Part shown: positions 10,084 to 18,589 of the stretch, piece by piece
Position numbering within the stretch: the stretch's first letter is position 1
Layout: each line of letters starts with the position of its first letter
Source: Escherichia phage vB_EcoM_SA35RD
Sequence record: OL960577.1
Strand: one strand, 5' to 3'
DNA length: 64,000 nt
Notes under the pieces: generated by a model
Database searches by the model: none
What the model was told of the DNA's origin: nothing
The model's input: the letters and a program-made list of their open reading frames with translations, nothing else
Program-made: the position numbers and the translations under genes

Positions 10084-10323
10084 TTATTTTTTAAGCATGA
10101 AAAGTAAGTAATTTGTATCACGTGGAGTAATATCAACACCCATATCAAAGACGCCTTTATAGATTGGGTATTTGTTTTCGGTTGTATCGAAGCTGAAACT
10201 ATTTCCATCACAACTAACAGTAATAACATCTGTTAAAATGTCATACTCAATCCTAACAATTGAATCCCCAATTTTAACGTCGAGGTGTTTTTTGAATTTG
10301 ATAAAATCTAATTCTTGGGCCAT
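10084..10323 (-). CDS. hypothetical protein (79 aa)
   Basis: Track ORF. Confidence 0.45.
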   Translation of the reverse strand: MAQELDFIKFKKHLDVKIGDSIVRIEYDILTDVITVSCDGNSFSFDTTENKYPIYKGVFDMGVDITPRDTNYLLFMLKK

Positions 10324-10386
10324 GATATTTTACTCATTTTAAGACGATAGGAAGATAATAACATGTCTTCCTATCGTTGTACATTA

Positions 10387-10599
10387 TTAACCGAACTTTT
10401 TAGCGCCTTTCCAGCCTTCATACATAACTGCACAAGTCAATAGTACAGCGTGCTGGCATTCTTTGTATTTGTAAACCCAGAACCAGCGTAAGAAGTCTTC
10501 ATCCTCAACGCCGTTGAGTTTCATATTGGCAAAGAATTCTGCACGTTCTTCACGAAGCTTTTGCGATAACATAGATTCAGGATTCATTTTGTGTTCCAC
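10387..10599 (-). CDS. hypothetical protein (70 aa)
   Basis: Track ORF. Confidence 0.4.
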   Translation of the reverse strand: MEHKMNPESMLSQKLREERAEFFANMKLNGVEDEDFLRWFWVYKYKECQHAVLLTCAVMYEGWKGAKKFG

Positions 10600-10718
10600 G
10601 CCCCATTTTCATCGATGAACTTAATCCAGTCATTTACAGACCATTTAGTTGTATCACCCTTTGGATTAACATTTAAAGTGTATAATCCCTGCTTAAAAAG
10701 CATTCGTTTGATATTCAT
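10584..10718 (-). CDS. hypothetical small protein
   Basis: Track ORF 10584..10811 trimmed to internal Met to remove overlap with next ORF. Confidence 0.3.
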   Translation of the reverse strand: MNIKRMLFKQGLYTLNVNPKGDTTKWSVNDWIKFIDENGAWNTK

Positions 10719-10725
10719 AATTTCC

Positions 10726-11019
10726 TCAACTGTAACGATAACATTCGTTAGCTTTACGTTTGGCTTCAGTATGAGAAGTATTATAATCATAATCTTCTTT
10801 ACTGTAAACATCTTTTTTCAACTTACGAACTTCTTTGCGGAGTTGTCGATTCATTTCATTCTTGACTTCAGAATCAACGCCTTTCATACGTTTCCATTTA
10901 TCTGAGCGGAAGATGTTTTCAACCATGTCTTTGTGGCTAACACCATCAGGAGCTTTACGCTTACCAAAATAGTCATAATCACGAACTTTCAAATCTTTAC
11001 GACGATATGTTTTACCCAT
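10726..11019 (-). CDS. hypothetical basic protein (about 97 aa)
   Basis: Track ORF 10726..11046; Lys/Arg-rich; start trimmed to MGKTYRR. Confidence 0.4.
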   Translation of the reverse strand: MGKTYRRKDLKVRDYDYFGKRKAPDGVSHKDMVENIFRSDKWKRMKGVDSEVKNEMNRQLRKEVRKLKKDVYSKEDYDYNTSHTEAKRKANECYRYS

Positions 11020-11026
11020 AAGTACC

Positions 11027-11275
11027 TCAGAGGTTGATCGATACAACGCGTTTGATAAAATTCACTTCACTTACTGAAAGGTCTTTAAGACCGATTGATT
11101 CTAAACGCTGAGTAAGCGTCAACATCGGGATATAATCCCATTGAGTTTTATTTGCTTGATAAGTACGAACGCCATTAGCAATTTCAACATGCAAATCGGA
11201 AATGGTAATGAATACCGGATGCTCGTCATTAACTTTAAGGGTTAGAACAACCTTCTTTGAATCTAAACTAATCAT
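11027..11275 (-). CDS. hypothetical protein (82 aa)
   Basis: Track ORF. Confidence 0.45.
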   Translation of the reverse strand: MISLDSKKVVLTLKVNDEHPVFITISDLHVEIANGVRTYQANKTQWDYIPMLTLTQRLESIGLKDLSVSEVNFIKRVVSINL

Positions 11276-11616
11276 GGCTTAATTTCCTTCGCAATTGAAC
11301 AGAAGATACTACGGTCACAAAGCATTTCACCAATTTCTGGATATTTGATTGAACGGTACCAAACATCCAGGCTTGAAATTCTGGTTATCCGTACTGCATT
11401 ACCATTGACAGAATAATACCGGTCAACCTTAATTTCTTTATCTTCAATTGTCATTTTATTTTCCTCTATAGTAGATGGTTTAATCTTAACACATTTATTG
11501 AGGATGTAAACTGTTTTATGAAAATATTTTTTGATTTGAGAGGGGCACAAGGAGATAGTGAAGTGAAGATTCCAATGGATTATATTAGAAATGAGATAAA
11601 GAAGACCAGGCGGCAC
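11272..11616 (-). CDS. hypothetical protein (114 aa)
   Basis: Track ORF. Confidence 0.45.
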   Translation of the reverse strand: MPPGLLYLISNIIHWNLHFTISLCPSQIKKYFHKTVYILNKCVKIKPSTIEENKMTIEDKEIKVDRYYSVNGNAVRITRISSLDVWYRSIKYPEIGEMLCDRSIFCSIAKEIKP

Positions 11617-11620
11617 CTGG

Positions 11621-11944
11621 TCAATCTTCTATGATATCAGAGTCATATCCTAATGAAATCAAGGACTTTTTAAACTCTGCAATATTCTTTTGTTTCTTAT
11701 CATTTAAAAATATGACAGGATAACGAATATTAAGTGAAGTGAATCCTGCACGTTTAGCAAGAGATACAATTAAAGGACGGTCATATTCAATCTTACCATT
11801 ATTAGTGAGGACTTTATAAAATGTATAAGGAGCATTGAGCTCCTTTAAAAGTTTTGTAACAGTATAACATCCTGGACAACGTCCAACTTCTTCAGGGATG
11901 CCATAGATTTCAATCTTGTTCTTTAAGTTCGAGTTTTGTTCCAC
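11621..11944 (-). CDS. glutaredoxin/NrdH-like redoxin (CPGC active site)
   Basis: KIEIYGIPEEVGRCPGCYTVTKLL; no in-frame ATG near the domain start, GTG at 11944 with AAGGAA RBS proposed; track ORF 11621..12073 N-terminus looks out-of-frame. Confidence 0.55.
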   Translation of the reverse strand: MEQNSNLKNKIEIYGIPEEVGRCPGCYTVTKLLKELNAPYTFYKVLTNNGKIEYDRPLIVSLAKRAGFTSLNIRYPVIFLNDKKQKNIAEFKKSLISLGYDSDIIED

Positions 11945-12227
11945 GAGAAATAATTCCTTGGTAAGCCCAATAAGGAGGATTAACAGAATCCTCACCAGAG
12001 TTTTCTTCAGGAAAATAAACCTGGATAACAAATCCAGACTCATCAAAGGTAAAATAAACCGTAGGCAGTTCACCTAACAAATCGGCACGAGCGTTGATTT
12101 CTTCGAGGTCTTGTTCACGCCCAGCCCAAAAACTAGGATTTAGATTACATTCGTAAAAATAATAGTCATTACCGAACATATCAAACCCCTTCCAACTCTC
12201 TACCACATACCGCTCAAAACTAATCAT
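11910..12227 (-). CDS. hypothetical acidic protein (105 aa)
   Basis: Track ORF; composition typical of a real protein; stop overlaps redoxin start region. Confidence 0.5.
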   Translation of the reverse strand: MISFERYVVESWKGFDMFGNDYYFYECNLNPSFWAGREQDLEEINARADLLGELPTVYFTFDESGFVIQVYFPEENSGEDSVNPPYWAYQGIISRGTKLELKEQD

Positions 12228-12229
12228 AA

Positions 12230-12445
12230 TTAAGCCTTTTTATCAAGAACAGAATTCAGTTTATTAGTAATTTTGTCCAAACGTTCATTGAATTCGCTGG
12301 AGGATAAACCCTTTTCCGGAGAAATTAAACTAATCACGAAAAATACACCAGTAAAAGGAATAAGAAAAATAGCTCCAACTGCCATAAACAAAAAGAACGT
12401 TACAGTTGTAAGAAAATCAGCTAAACCTTTACGAAATTTGTACAT
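12230..12445 (-). CDS. hypothetical membrane protein (71 aa)
   Basis: Track ORF with one hydrophobic span. Confidence 0.45.
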   Translation of the reverse strand: MYKFRKGLADFLTTVTFFLFMAVGAIFLIPFTGVFFVISLISPEKGLSSSEFNERLDKITNKLNSVLDKKA

Positions 12446-12555
12446 ATTTACCCTTAATTAACTAAGCATTGATAATCATTAAACTATATTGCGAATAAAA
12501 TTCTGGACCAAAACGAAAAATCATATCATTTATAGTATCCATAATGTAATTCAAT

Positions 12556-13026
12556 TTAATCATGTTTCCACACCCCATCGGTATTTGACCAAAGTCGCTG
12601 ATTATCTGATCCTCGCCACAGCTTTTTGGTCGGAAGATTTTTCTCATACTTCCCATCAATAATAACATCAACATATTTAAGCATTTCTAGTTGTTTAATA
12701 TCTTCAAACTTATATCCTGTCCACAACCAAATGCTTTTACTGGGATAAAGATTTTTTACTGTTTGAACAATGCAATGAATAACATCTCGATTATCAGGAT
12801 AGAGAGGGTCTCCTCCAGTTATAGTTAATCCTTCTATATAATCATTATTCAAACATTCAATTAATTGTTCTAGTGTCTCTCCAGTGAATGGAACACCGTT
12901 TCTAGCATTCCATGTTGATTTATTATAACATCCTTCACATTTATGCAAACAACCTGTAACGAAAAGAACGACCCTGCAACCAGGGCCATTCACAAAATCG
13001 CAAGGATAAAATCTATCATAATTCAT
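12556..13026 (-). CDS. nrdG: anaerobic ribonucleotide reductase activating protein NrdG (radical SAM)
   Basis: 156 aa; CLHKCEGCYN radical-SAM cysteine motif. Confidence 0.9.
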   Translation of the reverse strand: MNYDRFYPCDFVNGPGCRVVLFVTGCLHKCEGCYNKSTWNARNGVPFTGETLEQLIECLNNDYIEGLTITGGDPLYPDNRDVIHCIVQTVKNLYPSKSIWLWTGYKFEDIKQLEMLKYVDVIIDGKYEKNLPTKKLWRGSDNQRLWSNTDGVWKHD

Positions 13027-14840
13027 TGGTGTTTAACCCTATGCATGATTTCTTTATTTTTGCCAAGATTAAATCCGCGTTCGTTCGGATTTCCCAAATA
13101 ACCACAAGTTCTTCTTATTGTGTTCATCTTTTTAGGGTCAGTTTCTCCGCAAACTGAACAAACAAATCCGTTTTCAGTAGGAGTCATTTCATGGGTACTT
13201 CCACATGTAAAACATTTATCTACTGGCATATTAACACCAAAATAATCTAAATGTTGTGCGGCATAATCCCATACAGCCTCAAGACCTTTTAAGTTATTTT
13301 TCATATCAGGAAGTTCAACATAAGAAATGTGTCCGCCAGTCGCAATGAAATGATATGGGGCTTCGCGAGAAATCTTTTCAAACGGAGTGATATTTTCTTC
13401 TACTGAAACATGGAAACTATTAGTGTACCAGCCTTTATCAGTAACATCCTTTACACTTCCATATTTTTCAGTATCAAGTTTACAGAAGCGATAACAAAGG
13501 TTTTCAGCAGGTGTAGAATACAAACTAAAAGCAAAACCGGTTCTTTCAGTCCACTGTTTAAGATGAGCATTCATTTTAGTTAAAATTTCTTGTCCAATAT
13601 CACGACCGACAAGAATATTCAATTCGTGAATACCAATGTATCCTAGGGACACTGAACTTCTACCGTTTTTAAATAACTCAATTATATCGTCATCAGGTTT
13701 AAGACGAACCCCGAATGCACCTTCTTGGTAAAGAATAGGAGCAACAGTCGCTTTAACTCCTTTTAAGGAACTAATTCTACACATCAAAGCTTCAAAACAC
13801 AAATCCATTCGTTCATTGAACAATTCGGCAAATTTCTGTTCATTGAATTGTGTTCCAATATAAGAATCTAACGCAATGCGAGGAAGATTCAGTGTTACAA
13901 CACCAAGATTATTGCGTCCATCAAGAATTTCATTACCAGTCGAATCTTTCCATACACTCAAGAAACTACGGCAACCCATTGGAGAAACTGGAACTGAAGA
14001 ACCAGTAATAGCTTTATTATTCTTAACCGAAATAATGTCAGGATACATTCTTTTGCTTGCACATTCTAACGCAAGTTGTTTAATATCATAGTTCGGATCA
14101 TCTTTATAAAGATTAACACCTTCTTCAACGAACATAACAAGCTTAGGGAAAATAGGAGTTATTCCATCACGACCAAGGCCTTTAATGCGGTTTTTAAGAA
14201 TTGCTTTCTGAATCATTCGTTCAGTCCAGTCGGTTCCTGTACCAAATGTAATTGTTACAAAAGGAGTCTGTCCGTTTGAACTAAAGAGAGTATTTACTTC
14301 ATATTCATAAGCTTGGAATGCATCGTATACGTCTTTTTCTGTTTTAGATTGAGCATAATTCAACGCATCAGCGATTTGCCATTTTTCTGCATCTTCAACA
14401 TGTTTAGCGTATGTACGTTTAACATAAGGAGAAAGAACTTTATCGACATTTGCAAATGTAGTTCCGCCATACTGATGTGAAGCAACTTGTGCAGTAATTT
14501 GTGCCATAATTGCAGTAGCAACACCAATCGATTTAGGCGTTTCAATTTGAGCATTGCCTAATTTAAATCCATTCTCAAGCATCCCCTTTAAATCGACTAA
14601 ACAGCAATTGGTAAACGGAAGAGCAGGAGAATAATCAATATCATGCATGTGGATAATTCCACTTTCATGCGCATTCATAATAAAAGACGGGACCGTATTT
14701 TTGGCAATGTGCTTAGACACAATACCAGCCATAAGGTCCCGTTGAGTTGGAAAAACACGAGAATCTTTATTAGCATTCTCGTTTAAAAGGTCTTTATTAG
14801 TTTTATGAATTAATCCTTCAATTTCTTTTTCAATTTTCAT
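13023..14840 (-). CDS. nrdD: anaerobic ribonucleoside-triphosphate reductase NrdD
   Basis: 605 aa; C-terminal Zn-ribbon CFTCGSTHEMTPTENGFVCSVCG and glycyl radical region RRTCGYLG; uninterrupted ORF. Confidence 0.9.
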   Translation of the reverse strand: MKIEKEIEGLIHKTNKDLLNENANKDSRVFPTQRDLMAGIVSKHIAKNTVPSFIMNAHESGIIHMHDIDYSPALPFTNCCLVDLKGMLENGFKLGNAQIETPKSIGVATAIMAQITAQVASHQYGGTTFANVDKVLSPYVKRTYAKHVEDAEKWQIADALNYAQSKTEKDVYDAFQAYEYEVNTLFSSNGQTPFVTITFGTGTDWTERMIQKAILKNRIKGLGRDGITPIFPKLVMFVEEGVNLYKDDPNYDIKQLALECASKRMYPDIISVKNNKAITGSSVPVSPMGCRSFLSVWKDSTGNEILDGRNNLGVVTLNLPRIALDSYIGTQFNEQKFAELFNERMDLCFEALMCRISSLKGVKATVAPILYQEGAFGVRLKPDDDIIELFKNGRSSVSLGYIGIHELNILVGRDIGQEILTKMNAHLKQWTERTGFAFSLYSTPAENLCYRFCKLDTEKYGSVKDVTDKGWYTNSFHVSVEENITPFEKISREAPYHFIATGGHISYVELPDMKNNLKGLEAVWDYAAQHLDYFGVNMPVDKCFTCGSTHEMTPTENGFVCSVCGETDPKKMNTIRRTCGYLGNPNERGFNLGKNKEIMHRVKHQ

Positions 14841-15310
14841 TTTAAACTCTTTCTAAGCTGCTTTTTGAATGAAGCTATTAATTGTGTTTTAGTATCAGAT
14901 TCATTATATTCAAATCCTCTTTGAAGCATCTCGGACATCATTTCCTCTTTACCTAGTCTTGAGAACTCTTTAGTTTTGTCTGGAACAAAATTAGGATGGA
15001 TATTATTATCAGAATAATCTTGTTTCAAATAAGCAAGAAGAGATTCAAGCCATTCGAGGTAGTCGACATCACGACCTTTAAGACCAGAACGGTTGAACTT
15101 ATGCTTCATTTGGCCTTCTGCTGCGTTGCACAGATTACAGAGTAACCCACGAACTCTACCTGCTTTTGGCCCGTTTAATTCGTGGTCGTGGTCAAGATGG
15201 TTACCTTGAACATCAGGGTCTAATTCACGGTGGCAAATAGGACACTTACCGTTCTGTGCATCATAAAATTTTTGTTTTTCTTCTTTGTATAATTTGCCAG
15301 ATAATAACAT
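14837..15310 (-). CDS. 49: endonuclease VII (Holliday junction resolvase) gp49
   Basis: 157 aa; KCPICHREL...HLDHDHELNGPKAGRVRGLLCNLCN zinc/H-N-H-like motif matches T4 endo VII. Confidence 0.85.
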   Translation of the reverse strand: MLLSGKLYKEEKQKFYDAQNGKCPICHRELDPDVQGNHLDHDHELNGPKAGRVRGLLCNLCNAAEGQMKHKFNRSGLKGRDVDYLEWLESLLAYLKQDYSDNNIHPNFVPDKTKEFSRLGKEEMMSEMLQRGFEYNESDTKTQLIASFKKQLRKSLK

Positions 15311-15339
15311 AATAAACCCTTACCATATATAGATAAGGG

Positions 15340-15347
15340 TATTTATA
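15340..15347 (-). promoter_or_regulatory. late promoter TATAAATA upstream of gene 49
   Basis: Forward tatttata = minus-strand TATAAATA, about 30 nt upstream of gp49 start. Confidence 0.6.
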
Positions 15348-15349
15348 AT

Positions 15350-15529
15350 TTAGTAAACGTTATAAAAGTCTCGATGAAAACGTTTATACTGTCGAATCAT
15401 TCTTTTAGTAGGACGTGTTACCGAAATGATTGAAGTCCTCATGTTCGGATTGTTTGGAGCCCCAATCATAATAAATTTCCAGGATTTTTGGCCGTTTGTT
15501 CTTTCGCCATAAAATAGTTCAGTTTTCAT
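15350..15529 (-). CDS. hypothetical small basic protein (59 aa), paralogue family VTRPTKR...KRxHRxFY
   Basis: Hand-translated MKTELFYGERTNGQKSWKFIMIGAPNNPNMRTSIISVTRPTKRMIRQYKRFHRDFYNVY; below track cutoff. Confidence 0.4.
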   Translation of the reverse strand: MKTELFYGERTNGQKSWKFIMIGAPNNPNMRTSIISVTRPTKRMIRQYKRFHRDFYNVY

Positions 15530-15538
15530 AATAAACCT

Positions 15539-15952
15539 TTAACTTAAACGTCTTTCTAAATATTCAATGTATTCCGCTGCGGCTTGCATCAGATTACCTT
15601 CATAACCGTCATTATTTTCTTGGGCGGCTAATTTAGCTAAAGCATAAGAAATACGTTCACCTTCGAATTCGCCAAGTCCACCATCACAAACTACTTGGTC
15701 AATTTCTTCGAGTTCATCTATTGAATGGGATTCCCAGAAGCACCAAAGAGAAGTATCACGGTCATAGATGCAAAGTTTCTCACCTGTGTTCAACATCACT
15801 TCAATAATGCCATGGTCGCCATAACCATCTTCGGTAGTAGTACCAATTACCTTGATGATCGTATCTTTCTTTAATTCAGGAAACTTGACTTGTAGTTCTT
15901 CATCTTCTTTAACAATCTTGAACCATTTACCGCGAGTTTCAGAAATATTCAT
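15539..15952 (-). CDS. hypothetical acidic protein (about 137 aa)
   Basis: Track ORF 15539..16090; N-terminal 46 codons look out-of-frame, start set to MNISETRGKWF. Confidence 0.45.
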   Translation of the reverse strand: MNISETRGKWFKIVKEDEELQVKFPELKKDTIIKVIGTTTEDGYGDHGIIEVMLNTGEKLCIYDRDTSLWCFWESHSIDELEEIDQVVCDGGLGEFEGERISYALAKLAAQENNDGYEGNLMQAAAEYIEYLERRLS

Positions 15953-15953
15953 A

Positions 15954-16124
15954 TCAATATTCTCTATAAAAGTTACGATGAGAACGTTTAGCTTTGCGAA
16001 GCTGACGTTTAGTAGGACGAACTGTAAATGGTTGTCCAGAGAAAAAATTCGGATCGGTTTTAATAAGCAAATACCAATCATGCTTGCCATTTTTTAATAA
16101 ACGGTACAATAATTTAACTTGCAT
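15954..16124 (-). CDS. hypothetical small basic protein (about 56 aa), paralogue of 15350..15529
   Basis: Track ORF 15954..16151; ...GQPFTVRPTKRQLRKAKRSHRNFYREY shares C-terminal motif. Confidence 0.4.
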   Translation of the reverse strand: MQVKLLYRLLKNGKHDWYLLIKTDPNFFSGQPFTVRPTKRQLRKAKRSHRNFYREY

Positions 16125-16252
16125 AATAATCTCTTCCCATCTCCATATCAATTAATTCATTTATTGAAGGTTCATCATAACACGTTTCTTCGTCGTTGTA
16201 AACTGTTTCGACGTCTGGCTCGACTGTCTCCCATCGAGCCGAATACCATGGC

Positions 16253-16609
16253 TTAACCCCGGAGTTTATTGAGCTCTTCATAATCAATCCAGGATTCTAG
16301 CCCTGACGGCAGGTCACATTCAATGTTCCACAGAAGCTCTTCAATGGCTTGCAGGCGATTATATTCTTCAACGGTAATGGTAACCATTGGTGCAACCGGT
16401 TCTGTCTTTTTAACCATCATGTCGTTCATCAGGACGTAAAGGTCATCACGAACGACAGTGTCGTTCCATCCCCATGATTTGGCTTCGTAAGCTAATGATG
16501 AAGGGAGCACATTTAAAACTTCAATAATAGTTGGAGCATCAGGACCAAGTTCATTGGCACAAACTTCGTATACATCTTGGAAATCTTTAAGATTTAATGA
16601 ATATGTCAT
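16253..16609 (-). CDS. hypothetical protein (118 aa)
   Basis: Track ORF. Confidence 0.5.
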   Translation of the reverse strand: MTYSLNLKDFQDVYEVCANELGPDAPTIIEVLNVLPSSLAYEAKSWGWNDTVVRDDLYVLMNDMMVKKTEPVAPMVTITVEEYNRLQAIEELLWNIECDLPSGLESWIDYEELNKLRG

Positions 16610-16869
16610 TTAAAATATTCTCGTAGTTGGTCAAAGCCACCGATCGAAGTTCCATCAGGAGCAAACACTTGAGGCATAGTCAATCCGACTTGTGATTCAC
16701 GTCCAAGCTTAACCAGAAGCTCAGCAATTTTTTCTTCATCGAATACACCTTTTTCTGGCATAACATTAATGAATTCGAACGGCTGTTTCTTAACAGTCAG
16801 CAATCGTTTCGCATTATCACAATAAATGCATTTATGAATAATAGAGTCATACCCGTACACTTTAAACAT
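16606..16869 (-). CDS. nrdC: thioredoxin NrdC
   Basis: MFKVYGYDSIIHKCIYCDNAKRLLTVKKQPFEFINVMPEKGVF matches T4 NrdC; CxxC active site. Confidence 0.85.
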   Translation of the reverse strand: MFKVYGYDSIIHKCIYCDNAKRLLTVKKQPFEFINVMPEKGVFDEEKIAELLVKLGRESQVGLTMPQVFAPDGTSIGGFDQLREYFK

Positions 16870-17275
16870 TATTTTTCCTTTCATCGATTAAATATGCAAT
16901 GCCAAATACAATACATGTAATAAAACCTGTTATACAGATAGAAACCAACAACACTGTACCAAAGAACCAAATCAAGTTATCTTTAGTAGTTTGTTTGATA
17001 TCCATCTCACGAATTTCTATAGCTATCGTATCACCTTTATTCAGAAGCGTATAAAACGAAGGTGATACACGCCTGTCAAAAACTCGTCCTTGCTCATCTT
17101 TATAGACTGCAATAAATTCTAATTTAGAATATTTTCCTGTAGATTGGCCTGAGATTAATTCCACTACCTCCACAGGAATTACTTTAGTTTCCATGTAAGT
17201 ATTCTGGCTGTTCCAAATGAATGGAATAATAGCAAAAACTAAAGCTGCGATAAAACAACGAAGGCTATATCTCAT
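16862..17275 (-). CDS. hypothetical membrane protein (137 aa)
   Basis: Track ORF; N- and C-terminal hydrophobic spans. Confidence 0.5.
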   Translation of the reverse strand: MRYSLRCFIAALVFAIIPFIWNSQNTYMETKVIPVEVVELISGQSTGKYSKLEFIAVYKDEQGRVFDRRVSPSFYTLLNKGDTIAIEIREMDIKQTTKDNLIWFFGTVLLVSICITGFITCIVFGIAYLIDERKNNV

Positions 17276-17580
17276 TATAATGTTCTCTCAAATTTGTGGA
17301 AGCATTTACGGCATTTCAATTTCAAGTTATCACTGGTCCAGTTAACCAGTTGGACTTGGATAGTTCCACATTCCGGACATGGATGTTTTGCTGCCGATTT
17401 GGCAGCATTTTCACGTCGTTCAACCATTTTCATTATTTCGTTCCATGCCGGAGGAACGAACTCTTCTTCACCATGAATTTTATCTCGCTGAACAAATTCA
17501 ATCTTTGAACTATCATCAATAAACTTAACTAAGCCATGATTAGTGCTCATATCAATATCCTCTAGAAGACGTAGGTTCAT
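17275..17580 (-). CDS. hypothetical Zn-ribbon protein (101 aa)
   Basis: CPECG...CRKCFHKF four-Cys motif. Confidence 0.5.
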   Translation of the reverse strand: MNLRLLEDIDMSTNHGLVKFIDDSSKIEFVQRDKIHGEEEFVPPAWNEIMKMVERRENAAKSAAKHPCPECGTIQVQLVNWTSDNLKLKCRKCFHKFERTL

Positions 17581-18527
17581 TATAACACCTCAATGGCATT
17601 TCGTAAACCATCCGCTTTCGCGTTCAGAGCTTTTAACGATTTAGTCTGTTCTTTAATCTGGGCTTCGACTTCTTTAAGACGAGATTTGAGATATTCACGT
17701 TCTTCGCTCAAGTTGTCAACTTTTTCTACTTTAGGTTCTTTAATAGTCTTAAGTTTATACTCGTTAGGGTTCTTCAACTTAATTTGAATGCGAGAACTGA
17801 ATAACATCGAACCGTTATCTTCGGTTTCGTCATACATTTCTACTACGTCCATGATTCTTAACATCATGCGAAGTTTATAAGACAGCGAACGAACGGTTTT
17901 ATTGTGCTTCTTAATTTCTTCAGCTTTCATGGTGCCGAGATTACGTGAGTAGTAATAAGGAACCTGGATATCAATTGACAATGATGCGTTACCATTACCT
18001 GTTGGTTTGAATACTGCAGTAACCCAATCTTTAACATGAACTTTATTTGTACGATCATCGCCACCAGTGAATAATTTACGAGAATGTTTAAAAAGCATAT
18101 TCACTTGGTTATTGAATTCACAAGCAAATTTATCAGCAAATTTAGTTTCAGGAATGGTAGATAACCAATCAGCCAAATGAGTCTTTTTAACATCATTAAC
18201 AATAGTGAATTCAACCAAATCGGTTTTAGATGTCACAGATTTAATAAAGCTCGGCTTCATAAAGTTTTTAATGTTATCGCGAGCTACAGTAGAAGATAAT
18301 AAACGAGAACGTTTGAACCATTGAAGCAGCGTCCCTAATGAATGAGAATATGCATTTTGAGTATCTTTACAGATATGATTTTCTTGGCCTGTGTATGTAA
18401 GAAAATCACGAAGAATACTATAAACCACACCTTTATGTGGAACATCAGTCCAAGCACCAGTAGCACGTTGAGCGTGAGCGTTAGCGATAAGACCGGCAAA
18501 GTATTCAATGTAATGTGAACGTGTCAT
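17580..18527 (-). CDS. hypothetical protein (315 aa)
   Basis: Track ORF; C-terminal coiled coil; own early promoter. Confidence 0.55.
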   Translation of the reverse strand: MTRSHYIEYFAGLIANAHAQRATGAWTDVPHKGVVYSILRDFLTYTGQENHICKDTQNAYSHSLGTLLQWFKRSRLLSSTVARDNIKNFMKPSFIKSVTSKTDLVEFTIVNDVKKTHLADWLSTIPETKFADKFACEFNNQVNMLFKHSRKLFTGGDDRTNKVHVKDWVTAVFKPTGNGNASLSIDIQVPYYYSRNLGTMKAEEIKKHNKTVRSLSYKLRMMLRIMDVVEMYDETEDNGSMLFSSRIQIKLKNPNEYKLKTIKEPKVEKVDNLSEEREYLKSRLKEVEAQIKEQTKSLKALNAKADGLRNAIEVL

Positions 18528-18545
18528 AATATTTTCCTCTCGTTA

Positions 18546-18575
18546 AGATAGGTTCATTATACTCCAACCATCCTT
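18546..18575 (-). promoter_or_regulatory. early promoter cassette (-35 GTTTAC, 17 nt, -10 TATAAT) with CAACCA-agga-TGGTTG hairpin in spacer
   Basis: Read directly. Confidence 0.55.
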
Positions 18576-18589
18576 GGTTGTAAACTGAT

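Noticed and set aside
11910-11950. Programmed +1 frameshift fusing the 105-aa ORF to the glutaredoxin-like ORF at GAU-UGA-A
   Set aside because: No stimulatory Shine-Dalgarno upstream, and the fusion would bury the redoxin N-terminal strand; non-ATG initiation is more parsimonious
12462-12674. 70-aa minus-strand ORF overlapping the 3' end of nrdG
   Set aside because: Most of it is an alternative frame of nrdG; only a remnant of at most 33 codons would be independent
13023-14840. Group I intron or homing endonuclease in nrdD
   Set aside because: NrdD reads as one uninterrupted 605-codon ORF and no GIY-YIG or H-N-H homing-endonuclease ORF was recognised nearby
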